Positions 13,631-26,700 of a DNA stretch of 64,000 nucleotides are shown piece by piece. Both the position numbers and the translations under genes were made by a program. Source of the DNA: Malacoraja senta (Eukaryota); NCBI GenBank assembly GCA_038087875.1, contig JAXLNO010000278.1, positions 1 through 64,000 on the forward strand. Direction: 5' to 3'. Below the pieces are notes generated by a model. That model saw only the letters and a program-made list of their open reading frames with translations. It searched no databases and was not told the origin of the DNA. Position 1 is the stretch's first letter, and every line of letters begins with the position of its first letter.

Positions 13631-14770
13631 AAGGTCGCCATAAATCCGGCAAGGTCGCCACAAATTCGGGAAGGTCGCCATATATCCGACAAGGACGCCA
13701 TATATTCGGCAAGGTCGCCACAAATCCGGCAAGGTTGCCATATTTCCGGCAAGGTGGCCATAAATCCGACAAGGTCTCCACCAATCCGGCAAGGTCGCCA
13801 TATTTCCGACATGGTCCTCATAAATCCGGCAAGGTGGCCACAAATCCGACATGGTAGCCATATTTCCGGCAAGTTCGCCATAAATCCGGCATGGTGGCCA
13901 CAAATCAGGGAAGGTCGCCATATTTCCGGCAATGTCGCCATAAATCCGGCAAGGTGGCCACAAATCCGACAAGGTAGCCATATTTCCGGCAAGTTCGCCA
14001 TAAATCCGGCATGGTGGCCACAAATCAGGGAAGGTCGCCATAAATCCGGCAAGGTCGCCACATTTCCGGCATGGACGCCATAAATCCGGCAAGGTCGGCA
14101 CAAATCCGGCAAGGTCGCCACATTCCTGGCAAGGTCGCCATATTTCCTGCAAGGTCGCCATAAATCCGGCAATGTCGCCACAAATGAGGCAAGGTCGCCA
14201 TATTTCCGGCAAGCTCGCCATAAATCCGGCAAGGTCGCCACAAATGAGTCATGGTCGACATATTGCCGGCAAGGTCGCCATAAATCCGGCAAGGTCCACA
14301 CAAATTCGGCAAGGTCGCCATATATCCGGCAAGGACGCCATTTATCCGGCAAGGTCGCCACAAATCCGGCAAGGTTGCCATATTTCCGGCAAGGTCGCCA
14401 CAAATCCGGCAAGGTCTCCACAAATCCGGCAAGGTCGCCATATTTCCGACATGGTCGTCATAAATCCGGCATGGTGGCCACAAATCCGACAAGGTAGCCA
14501 TATTTATGGCAAGTTCGCCATAAATCCGGCATGGTGGCCACAAATCAGGGAAGGTCGCCACAAATCCGGCAAGGTCGCCACATTTCCGGCATGGACGCCA
14601 TAAATCCGGCAAGGTTCGGCACAAATCCGGCAAGGTCGCCACATTCCCGGCAAGGTCGCCATATTTCCTGCAAGGTCGCCATAAATCCGGCAATGTCGCC
14701 ACAAATGAGGCAAGGTCGCCATATTTCCGGCAAGCTCGCCATAAATCCGGCAAGGTCGCCACAAATGCGT

Positions 14771-17700
14771 CAAGGTCGACATATTTCCGGCAAGGTCGCC
14801 ATAAATCTGGCAATGTCGCCACAAATCCGGCAAGGTAGCCATAAATCCGGCAAGGTCGCCATACATCCGGCAATGTCGCCACAAATGCGGCAAGGTCGCC
14901 ATATTTCCGGCAAGCTCGCCATAAATCCGGCAAGGTCGCCACAAATGCGTCAAGGTCGACATATTTCCGGCAAGGTCGCCATAAATCCGGTAAGGTCGCC
15001 ATAAATACGGCAAGGTCGCCACAAATCCGGCAAGGTCGCCACTAATCCGGCAAGGTCGCCACAAATCCGGCAAGGTCGCCATATTTCCGGCAAGGTCGCC
15101 ATAAATCCGGCAAGGTCGCCATAAATCCGGCAAAGTCGCCATATTTCCGGCAAGCTCGCTATATATCCGGCAAGGTCGCCACAAATGCGTCAAGGTCGAC
15201 ATATTTCCGGCAAGGTCGCCATAAATCCAGCAAGGTCGCCACAAATCCGGAAAGGTCGCCATAAATCCGGCAAGGTCGCCATAAATCCGGCAAGGTCGCC
15301 ACAAATTCGGCAAGGTCGCCATATTTCCGGCAAGGTCGCCATAAATCCGGCAAGGTCGCCATAAATCCGGCAAAGTCGCCATATTTCAGGCAAGGTCGCC
15401 ATAAATCCGGCAAGGTCGCCACAAATTCGGGAAGGTCGCCATATTTCCGACATGGTCGTCATAAATCCGGCAAGGTGGCCACAAATCCGACATGGTAGCC
15501 ATATTTCCGGCAAGTTCGCCATAAATCCGGCATGGTGGCCACAAATCAGGGAAGGTCGCCATATTTCCGGCAAAGTCGCCATAAATCCGGCAAGGTCGCC
15601 ATAAATCCGGCAAGGTCGCCACAAATCCGGCAAGGTCGCCATAAATCCGGCAAGGTCGCCATATATCCGGCAAAGTCGCCATATTTCAGGCAAGGTCGCC
15701 ATAAATCCGGCAAGGTCGCCACATATTCGGCAAGGTCGCCATATATCCGGCAAGGACGCCATATATTCGGCAAGATCGCCACAAATCCGGCAAGGTTGCC
15801 ATATTTCCGGCAAGGTCGCCATAAATCCGGAAAGGTCTCCACAAATCCGGCAAGGTCGCCATATTTCCGACGTGGTCGCCATAAATGCGGCAAGGTGGAC
15901 ACAAATCCGACAAGGTCGCCATAAATCCGGCAAGGTCGCCACATTTCCGGCAAGGACGCCATAAATCTGGCAAGGTCGGCACAAATCCGGCAAGGTCGCC
16001 ACATTCCCGGCAAGGTCGCCATATTTCCTGCAAGGTCGCCATAAATCCGGCAATGTCGCCACAAATGCGGCAAGGTCGCCATATTTCCGGCAAGCTCGCC
16101 ATAAATCGGGCAAGGTCGCCACAAATGCGTCAAGGTCGACATATTTCCGGCAAGGTCGCCATAAATCCGGTAAGGTCGCCATAAATCCGGCAAGGTCGCC
16201 ACAAATCCGGCAAGGTCGCCACTAATCCGGCAAGGTCGCCATAAATCCGCAAGGTCGCCATAAATCCCGCAAAGTCGCCATATATCCGGCAAGGACGCCA
16301 TATATCCGGCAAGGTCGCCACAAATCCGGCAAGTTGCCATATTCCCGGCAAAGTCGCCATAAATCCGGCAAGGTCTCCACAAATCCGGAAAGGACGCCAT
16401 ATTTCCGACATGGTCGTCATAAATCCGGCAAGGTGGCCACAAATCCGACAAGGTAGCCATATTTCCGGCAAGTTCGCCATAAATCCGGCATGGTGGCCAC
16501 AAATCAGGGAAGGTCGCCATAAATCCGGCAAGGTCGCCACATTTCCGGCATGGACGCCATAAATCCGGCAAGGTCGGCACAAATCCGGCAAGGTCGCCAC
16601 ATTCCCGGCAAGGTCGCCATATTTCCTGCAAGGTCGCCACAAATGCGTCAAGGTCGACATATTTCCGGCAAGGTCGCCATAAATCCGGCAAGGTCGCCAT
16701 CATTCCGGCAAGTTCGCCATAAATACGGCATGGTGGCCACAAATCAGGGAAGGTCGCCATATTTCCGGCAAAGTCGCCATAAATCCGGCAAGGTCGCCAT
16801 AAATCCGGCAAGGTCGCCACAAATCCGGCAAGGTCGCTATAAATCCGGCAAGGTCGCCATAAATCCGGCAAAGTCGCCATATTTCAGGCAAGGTCGCCAT
16901 AAATCCGGCAAGGTCGCCACAAATTCGGCAAGGTCGCCATATATCCGGCAAGGACGCCATATATCCGGCAAGGTCTCCACAAATCCGGCAAGGTTGCCAT
17001 ATTTCCGGCAAGGTCGCCATAAATCCGGAAAGGTCTCCACAAATCCGGCAAGGTCGCCATATTTCCGACATGGTCGTCATAAATCCGGCAAGGTGGCCAC
17101 AAATCCGACATGGTAGCCATATTTCCGGCAAGTTCGCCATAAATCCGGCATGGTGGCGACAAATCAGGGAAGGTCGCCATATTTCCGGCAAAGTCGCCAT
17201 AAATCCGGCAAGGTCGCCATAAATCCGGCAAGGTCGCCACAAATCCGGCAAGGTCGCCATAAATCCGGCAAGGTCGCCATATATCAGGCAAAGTCGCCAT
17301 ATTTCTGGCAAGGTCGCCATAAATCCGGCAAGGTCGCCACAAATTCGGCAAGGTCGCCATATATCCGGCAAGGACGCCATATATCCGGCAAGGTCGCCAC
17401 AAATCCGGCAAGGTTGCCATATTTCCGGCAAGGTCGCCATAAATCCGGAAAGGTCTCCACAAATCCGGCAAGGTCGCCATATTTCCGACGTGGTCGTCAT
17501 AAATCCGGCAAGGTGGCCACAAATCCGACATGGTAGCCATATTCCCGGCAAGTTCGCCATAAATCCGGCATGGTGGCCACAAATCAGGGAAGGTCGCCAT
17601 ATTCCCGGCAAAGTCGCCATAAATCCGGCAAGGTCGCCATAAATACGGCAAGGTCGCCACAAATGCGTCAAGCTCGACATATTTCCGGCAAGGTCGCCAT

Positions 17701-20700
17701 AAATCCGGCAAGGTTGCCATATTTCCGGCAAGGTCGCCATAAATCCGGCAAGGTCGCCACAAATCCGGCAAGGTTGCCATATTTCCGGCAAGGTCGCCAT
17801 AAATCCGGAAAGGTCTCCTCAAATCCGGCAAAGTCGCCATATTTCCGGCAAGGTCGCCATAAATCCGGCAAGGTCGCCACAAATCCGGCAAGGTCGCCAC
17901 ATTTGCGGCAACGTCGCCATAAATCCGGCAAGGTCGCCACAAATCCGGCAAGGTCGCCACATCCCCGGCAAGGTCGCCATAAATCCGGCAAGGTCGCCAC
18001 AAACCCGTCAAGGTCGCCACATTTCAGGCAAGGTCGCCGCAATTCCGGCAACGTCGCCATAAATGCGGCAAGGTGGACACAAATCCGACAAGGTCGCCAT
18101 AAATCCGGCAAGGTCGCCACATTTCCGGCAAGGACGCCATATATCCGGCAAGGTCGGCACAAATCCGGCAAGGTCGCCACAATCCCGGCAAGGTCGCCAT
18201 ATTTCCTGCATGGTCGCCATAAATCCGGCAATGTCGCCACAAATGCGGCAAGGTCGCCATATTTCCGGCAAGCTCGCCATAAATCCGGCAAGGTCGCCAC
18301 AAATGCGTCAAGGTCGACATATTTCCGGCAAGGTCGCCATAAATCCGGCAAGGTGGCCACAAATCCGACATGGTAGCCATATTTCCGGCAAGTTCGCCAT
18401 AAATCCGGCATGGTGGCGACAAATCAGGGAAGGTCGCCATATTTCCGGCAAAGTCGCCATAAATCCGGCAAGGTCGCCATAAATCCGGCAAGGTCGCCAC
18501 AAATCCGGCAAGGTCGCCATAAATGCGGCAAGGTCGCCATATATCAGGCAAAGTCGCCATATTTCTGGCAAGGTCGCCATAAATCAGGCAAGGTCGCCAC
18601 AAATTCGGCAAGGTCGCCATATATCCGGCAAGGACGCCATATATCCGGCAAGGTCGCCACAAATGCGTCAAGGTTGCCATATTTCCGGCAAGGTCGCGAT
18701 AAATCCGGAAAGGTCTCCACAAATCCGGCAAGGTCGCCATATTTCCGACGAGGACGCCATATATCCGGCAAGGTCGCCACAAATCCGGCAAGGTTGCCAT
18801 ATTTCCGGCAAGGTCGCCATATTTCCGGCAAGGTCGCCATAAATCCGGCAAGGTCGCCACAAATCCGGCAAGGTCGCCACATCCCCGGCAAGGTCGCCAT
18901 AAATCCGGCAAGGTCGCCACAAATCCGTCAAGGTCGCCACATTTCAAGCAAGGTCGCCGCATTTCCGGCAACGTCGCCATAAATGCGGCAAAGTGGACAC
19001 AAATCCGACAAGGTCGCCATAAATCCGGCAAGGTCGCCACATTTCCGGCAAGGACGCCATAAATCCGGCAAGGTCGGCACAAATCCGGCAAGGTCGCCAC
19101 AATCCCGGCAAGGTCGCCATATTTCCTGCAAGGTCGCCATAAATCCGGCAATGTCGCCACAAATGCGGCAAGGTCGCCATATTTCCGGCAAGCACGCCAT
19201 AAATCCGGCAAGGTCGCCACAAATGCGTCAAGGTCGACATATTTCCGGCAAGGTCGCCATAAATCCGGCAAGGTGGCCACAAATCCGACATGGTAGCCAT
19301 ATTCCCGGCAAGTTCGCCATAAATCCGGCATGGTGACCACAAATCAGGGAAGGTCGCCATATTTCCGGCAAAGTCGCCATAAATCCGGCATGGTCGCCAT
19401 AAATACGGCAAGGTCGCCACAAATGCGTCAAGGTCGACATATTTCCGGCAAGGTCGCCATAAATCCGGCAAGGACGCCATATATCCGGCAAGGTCGCCAC
19501 AAATCCGGCAAGGTTGCCATATTTCCGGCAAGGTCGCCATAAATCCGGAAAGGTCTCCACAAATCCGGCAAAGTCGCCATATTTCCGGCAAGGTCGCCAT
19601 AAATCCGGCAAGGTCGCCACAAATCCGGCAAGGTCGCCACGTTTGCGGCAACGTCGCCATAAATCCGGCAAGGTCGCCACAAATCCGGCAAGGTCGCCAC
19701 ATCCCCGGCAAGGTCGCCATAAATCCGGCAAGGTCGCCACAAATCCGTCAAGGTCCCACATTTCAGGCAAGGTCGCCGCATTTCCGGCAACGTCGCCATA
19801 AATGCGGCAAGGTGGACACAAATCCGACAAGGTCGCCATAAATCCGGCAAGGTCGCCACATTTCCGGCAAGGACGCCATAAATCCGGCAAGGTCGGCACA
19901 AATCCGGCAAGGTCGCCACAATCCCGGCAAGGTCGCCATATTTCCTGCAAGGTCGCCACAAATCCGGCAAGGTCGCCACATTTGCGGCAACGTCGCCATA
20001 AATCCGGCAAGGTCGCCACAAATCCGGCAAGGTCGCCACATCCCCGGCAAGGTCGCCATAAATCCGGCAAGGTCGCCACAAATCCGTCAAGGTCGCCACA
20101 TTTCAGGCAAGGTCGCCGCATTTCCGGCAACGTCGCCATAAATGCGGCAAGGTGGACACAAATCCGACAAGGTCGCCATAAATCCGGCAAGGTCGCCACA
20201 TTTCCGGCAAGGACGCCATAAATCCGGCAAGGTCGGCACAAATCCGGCAAGGTCGCCACAATCCCGGCAAGGTCGCCATATTTCCTGCAAGGTCGCCATA
20301 AATCCGGCAATGTCGCCACAAACGCGGCAAGGTCGCCATATTTCCGGCAAGCTCGCCATAAATCCGGCAAGGTCGCCACAAATGCGTCAAGGTCGACATA
20401 TTTCCGGCAAGGTCGCCATAAATCCGGCAAGGTGGCCACAAATCCGACATGGTAGCCATATTTCCGGCAAGTTCGCCATAAATCCGGCATGGTGGCGACA
20501 AATCAGGGAAGGTCGCCATATTTCCGGCAAAGTCGCCATAAATCCGGCAAGGTCGCCATAAATCCGGCAAGGTCGCCACAAATCCGGCAAGGTCGCCATA
20601 AATCAGGCAAGGTCGCCATATATCAGGCAAAGTCGCCATATTTCTGGCAAGGTCGCCATAAATCCGGAAAGGTCGCCACAAATTCGGCAAGGTCGCCATA

Positions 20701-23700
20701 TATCCGGCAAGGACGCCATATATCCGGCAAGGTCGCCACAAATGCGTCAAGGTTGCCATATTTCCGGCAAGGTCGCGATAAATCCGGAAAGGTCTCCACA
20801 AATCCGGCAAGGTCGCCATATTTCCGACGTGGTCGTCATAAATCCGGCAAGGTGGCTACAAATCCGACATGGTAGCCATATTCCCGGCAAGTTCGCCATA
20901 AATCCGGCATGGTGGCCACAAATCAGGGAAGGTCGCCATATTTCCGGCAAAGTCGCCATAAATCCGGCAAGGTCGCCATAAATACGGCAAGGTCGCCACA
21001 AATGCGTCAAGGTCGACATATTTCCGGCAAGGTCGCCATAAATCCGGCAAGGACGCCATATATCCGGCAAGGTCGCCACAAATCCGGCAAGGTTGCCATA
21101 TTTCCGGCAAGGTCGCCATAAATCCGGAAAGGTCTCCACAAATCCGGCAAAGTCGCCATATTTCCGGCAAGGTCGCCATAAAATCCGGCAAGGTCGCCAC
21201 AAATCCGGCAAGGTCGCCACATTTGCGGCAACGTCGCCATAAATCCGGCAAGGTCGCCACAAATCCGGCAAGGTCGCCACATCCCCGGCAAGGTCGCCAT
21301 AAATCCGGCAAGGTCACCACAAATCCGTCAAGGTCGCCACATTTCAGGCAAGGTCGCCGCATTTCCGGCAACGTCGCCATAAATGCGGCAAGGTGGACAC
21401 AAATCCGACAAGGTCGCCATAAATCCGGCAAGGTCGCCACAAATGCGGCAAGGTCGACATATTTCCGGCAAGGTCGCCATAAATCCGGCAAGGTCGCCAT
21501 AAATCCGGCAAGGTCGCCACAAATCCGGCAAAGTCGCCACTAATCCGGCAAGGTCGCCATAAATCCGCAAGGTCGCCATAAATCCCGCAAAGTCGCCATA
21601 TTTCAGGCAAGGTCGCCATAAATCCGGCAAGGTCGCCACAAATTCGGCAAGGTCGCCATACATCCGGCAAGGACGCCATATATCCGGCAAGGTCGCCACA
21701 AATCCGGCAAGGATGCCATATTTCCGGCAAGGTCGCCATAAATCCGGCAAGGTCGCCACATTTCCGGCATGGACGCCATAAATCCGGCAAGGTCGGCACA
21801 AATCCGGCAAGGTCGCCACATTCCCGGCAAGGTCGCCATATTTCCTGCAAGGTCGCCATAAATCCGGCAATGTCGCCACAAATGCGGCAAGGTCGCCATA
21901 TTTCCGGCAAGCTCGCCATAAATCCGGCAAGGTCGCCACAAATGCGTCAAGGTCGACATATTTCCGGCAAGGTCGCCATAAATCCGGCAAGGTCGCCATC
22001 ATTCCGGCAAGTTCGCCATAAATCCGGCATGGTGGCCACAAATCAGGGAAGGTCGCCATATTTCCGGCAAAGTCGCCATAAATCCGGCAAGGTCGCCATA
22101 AATACGGCAAGGTCGCCATAAATCCGGCAAAGTCGCCATATTTCAGGCAAGGTCGCCATAAATCCGGCAAGGTCGCCACAAATTCGGCAAGGTCGCCATA
22201 TATCCGGCAAGGACGCCATATATCCGGCAAGGTCGCCACAAATCCGGCAAGGTCGCCATAAATCCGGAAAGGTCTCCACAAATCCGGCAAGGTCGCCATA
22301 TTTCCGACAGTCGTCATAAATCCGGCAAGGTGGCCACAAATCCGACATGGTAGCCATATTTCCGGCAAGTTCGCCATAAATCCGGCATGGTGGCCACAAA
22401 TCAGGGAAGGTCGCCATATTTCCGGCAAAGTCGCCATAAATCCGGCAAGGTCGCCATAAATCCGGCAAGGTCGCCACAAATCCGGCAAGGTCGCCATAAA
22501 TCCGGCAAGGTCGCCATATATCCGGCAAAGTCGCCATATTTCAGGCAAGGTCGCCATAAATCGGCAAGGTCGCCACAAATTCGGCAAAGTCGCCATATAC
22601 CCGGCAAGGACGCCATATTTCCGGCAAGGTCGCCAGAAATCCGGCAAGGTTGCCATATTTCCGGCAAGGTCGCCATATATCCGAAAAGGTCTCCACAAAT
22701 CCGGCAAGGTCGCCATATTTCCGACGTGGTCGTCATAAATCCGGCAAGGTGGCCACAAATCCGACATGGTAGCCATATTTCCGGCAAGTTCGCCATAAAT
22801 CCGGCATGGTGGCCACAAATCAGGGAAGGTCGCCATATTTCCGGCAAAGTCGCCATAAATCCGGCAAGGTCGCAATAAATCCGGCAAGGTCGCCACAAAT
22901 GCGTCAAGGTCGACATATATCCGGCAAGGTCGCCATAAATCCGGCAAGGTCGCCATAAATCCGGCAAGGTCGCCACATATCCGGCAAGGTCGCCACTAAT
23001 CCGGCAAGGTCGCCATAAATCCGCAAGGTCGCCATAAATCCGGCAAAGTCGCCATATTTCAGGCAAGGTCGCCATAAATCCGGCAAGGTCGCCACAAATT
23101 CGGCAAGGTCGCCATATATCCGGCAAGGACGCCATATTTCCGGCAAGGTCGCCAGAAATCCGGCAAGGTTGCCATATTTCCGGCAAGGTCGCCATAAATC
23201 CGGCAAGGTCTCCTCAAATCCGGCAAGGTCGCCATATTTCCGACATGGTCGTCATAAATCCGGCAAGGTGGCCACAAATCCGACAAGGTAGCCATATTTC
23301 CGGCAAGTTCGCCATAAATCCGGCATGGTGGCCACAAATCAGGAAGGTCGCCATAAATCCGGCAAGGTCGCCACATTTCCGGCATGGACGCCATAAATCC
23401 GGCAAGGTCGGCACAAATCCGGCAAGGTCGCCACATTCCTGGCAAGGTCGCCATATTTCCTGCAAGGTCGCCATAAATCCGGCAATGTCGCCACAAATGA
23501 GGCAAGGTCGCCATATTTCCGGCAAGCTCGCCATAAATCCGGCAAGTTCGCCACAAATGCGTCAAGGTCCACATATTGCCGGCAAGGTCGCCATAAATCC
23601 GGCAAGGTCCCCACAAATTCGGCAAGGTCGCCATATATCCGGCAAGGACGCCATATATCCGGCAAGGTCGCCACAAATCCGGCAAGGTTGCCATATTTCC

Positions 23701-26700
23701 GGCAAGGTCGCCACAAATCCGGCAAGGTCTCCACAAATCCGGGAAGGTCGCCATATTTCCGACATGGTCGTCATAAATCCGGCATGGTGGCCACAAATCC
23801 GACAAGGTAGCCATATTTATGGCAAGTTCGCCATAAATCCGGCATGGTGGCCACAAATCAGGGAAGGTCGCCACAAATCCGGCAAGGTCGCCACATTTCC
23901 GGCATGGACGCCATAAATCCGGCAAGGTTCGGCACAAATCCGGCAAGGTCGCCACATTCCCGGCAAGGTCGCCATATTTCCTGCAAGGTCGCCATAAATC
24001 CGGCAATGTCGCCACAAATGAGGCAAGGTCGCCATATTTCCGGCAAGCTCGCCATAAATCCGGCAAGGTCGCCACAAATGCGTCAAGGTCGACATATTTC
24101 GGCAAGGTCGCCTAAATCTGGCAATGTCGCCACAAATCCGACATGGTAGCCATATTTCCGGCAAGTTCGCCATAAATCCGGCATGGTGGCCACAAATCAG
24201 GGAAGGTCGCCATATTTCCGGCAAAGTCGCTATAAATCCGGCAAGGTCGCAATAAATCCGGCAAGGTCGCCACAAATGCGTCAAGGTCGACATATATCCG
24301 GCAAGGTGGCCATAAATCCGGCAAGGTCGCCATAAATCCGGCAAGGTCGCCACATATCCGGCAAGGTCGCCACTAATCCGGCAAGGTCGCCATAAATCCG
24401 CAAGGTCGCCATAAATCCGGCAAAGTCGCCATATTTCAGGCAAGGTCGCCATAAATCCGGCAAGGTCGCCACAAATTCGGCAAGGTCGCCATATATCCGG
24501 CAAGGACGCCATATTTCCGGCAAGGTCGCCATAAATCCGGCAAGGTTGCCATATTTCCGGCAGGGTCGCCATAAATCCGACAAGGTCTCCTCAAATCCGG
24601 CAAGGTCGCCATATTTCCGACATGGTCGTCATAAATCCGGCAAGGTGGCCACAAATCCGACAAGGTAGCCATATTTCCGGCAAGTTCGCCATAAATCCGG
24701 CATGGTGGCCACAAATCAGGGAAGGTCGCCATAAATCCGGCAAGGTCGCCACATTTCCGGCATGGACGCCATAAATCCGGCAAGGTCGGCACAAATCCGG
24801 GAAGGTCGCCACATTCCTGGCAAGGTCGCCATATTTCCTGCAAGGTCGCCAATAAATCCGGCAATGTCGCAACAAATGAGGCAAGGTCGCCATATTTCCG
24901 GCAAGCTCGCCATAAATCCGGCAAGTTCGCCCACAAATGCGTCAAGGTCCACATATTGCCGGCAAGGTCGCCATAAATCCGGCAAGGTCCCCACAAATTC
25001 GGCAAGGTCGCCATATATCCGGCAAGGACGCCATATATCCGGCAAGGTCGCCACAAATCCGGCAAGGTTGCCATATTTCCGGCAAGGTCGCCACAAATCC
25101 GGCAAGGTCTCCACAAATCCGGCAAGGTCGCCATATTTCCGACATGGTCGTCATAAATCCGGCATGGTGGCCACAAATCCGACAAGGTAGCCATAATTAT
25201 GGCAAGTTCGCCATAAATCCGGCATGCAGGCCACAAATCAGGGAAGGTCGCCACAAATCCGGCAAGGTCGGCACATTTCCGGCATGGACGCCATATTTCC
25301 TGCAAGGTCGCCATAAATCCGGCAATGTCGCCACAAATGAGGCAAGGTCGCCATATTTCCGGCAAGCTCGCCATAAATCTGGCAAGGTCGCCACAAATGC
25401 GTCAAGGTCGACATATTTCCGGCAAGGTCTCCATAAATCTGGCAATGTCGCCACAAATCCGGCAAGGTAGCCATAAATCCGGCAAGGTCGCCATAAATCC
25501 GGCAAAGTCGCCATATTTCAGGCAAGGTCGCCATAAATCCGGCAAGGTCTCCACAGATCCGGCAAGGTCGCCATGTTTCCGACATGGTCGTCATAAATCC
25601 GGCAAAGTCGCCATATTTCACGCAAGGTCGCCATAAATCCGGCAAGGTCGCCACAAATTCGGCAAGGTCGCCATATATCCGACAAGGACGCCTTATATCC
25701 GGCAAGGTCGCCACAAATCCGGCAAGGTTGTCATATTTCCGGCAAGGTCGCCATAAATCCGGCAAGGTCGCCACAAATTCGGCAAGGTCGACATATTTCC
25801 GGCAAGGTCGCCATAAATCTGGCAATGTCGCCACAAATCCGGCAAGGTAGCCATAAATCCGGCAAGGTCGCCATACATCCGGCAATGTCGCCACAAATGC
25901 GGCAAGGTCGCCATATTTCCGGCAAGCTCGCCATAAATCCGGCAAGGTCGCCACAAATGCGTCAAGGTCGACATATTTCCGGCAAGGTCGCCATAAATCC
26001 GGTAAGGTCGCCATAAATACGGCAAGGTCGCCACAAATCCGGCAAGGTCGCCACTAATCCGGCAAGGTCGCCACAAATCCGGCAAGGTCGCCATATTTCC
26101 GGCAAGGTCGCATAAATCCGGCAAGGTCGCCATAAATCCGGCAAAGTCGCCATATTCCGGCAAGCTCGCTATATATCCGGCAAGGTCGCCACAAATGCGT
26201 CAAGGTCGACATATTTCCGGCAAAGGTCGCCATAAATCCAGCAAGGTCGCCACAAATCCGGAAAGGTCGCCATAAATCCGGCAAGGTCGCCATAAATCCG
26301 GCAAGGTCGCCACAAATCGGCAAGGTCGCCATATTTCCGGCAAGGTCGCCATAAATCCGGCAAGGTCGCCATAAATCCGGCAAAGTCGCCATATTTCAGG
26401 CAAGGTCGCCATAAATCCGGCAAGGTCGCCACAAATTCGGGGAAGGTCGCCAATTTCCGACATGGTCGTCATAAATCCGGCAAGGTGGCCACAAATCCGA
26501 CATGGTAGCCATATTTCCGGCAAGTTCGCCATAAATCCGGCATGGTGGCCACAAATCAGGGAAGGTCGCCATATTTCCGGCAAAGTCGCCATAAATCCGG
26601 CAAGGTCGCCATAAATCCGGCAAGGTCGCCACAAATCCGGCAAGGTCGCCATAAATCCGGCAAGGTCGCCATATATCCGGCAAAGTCGCCATATTTCAGG

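Larger units (their letters stand above)
1598..15431. repeat. Copy A of a tandem segmental duplication of about 13.8 kb; copy B starts at about 15432
   Basis: ORF and variant matches at offset 13,834 (1698/15532, 2716/16550, 4576/18410), then 13,774 (5154/18928, 7135/20909), 12,735 (9135/21870) and 12,893 (12432/25325). The tail of copy A (about 12,830-15,430) matches about 36,790-39,150. Confidence 0.88.
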
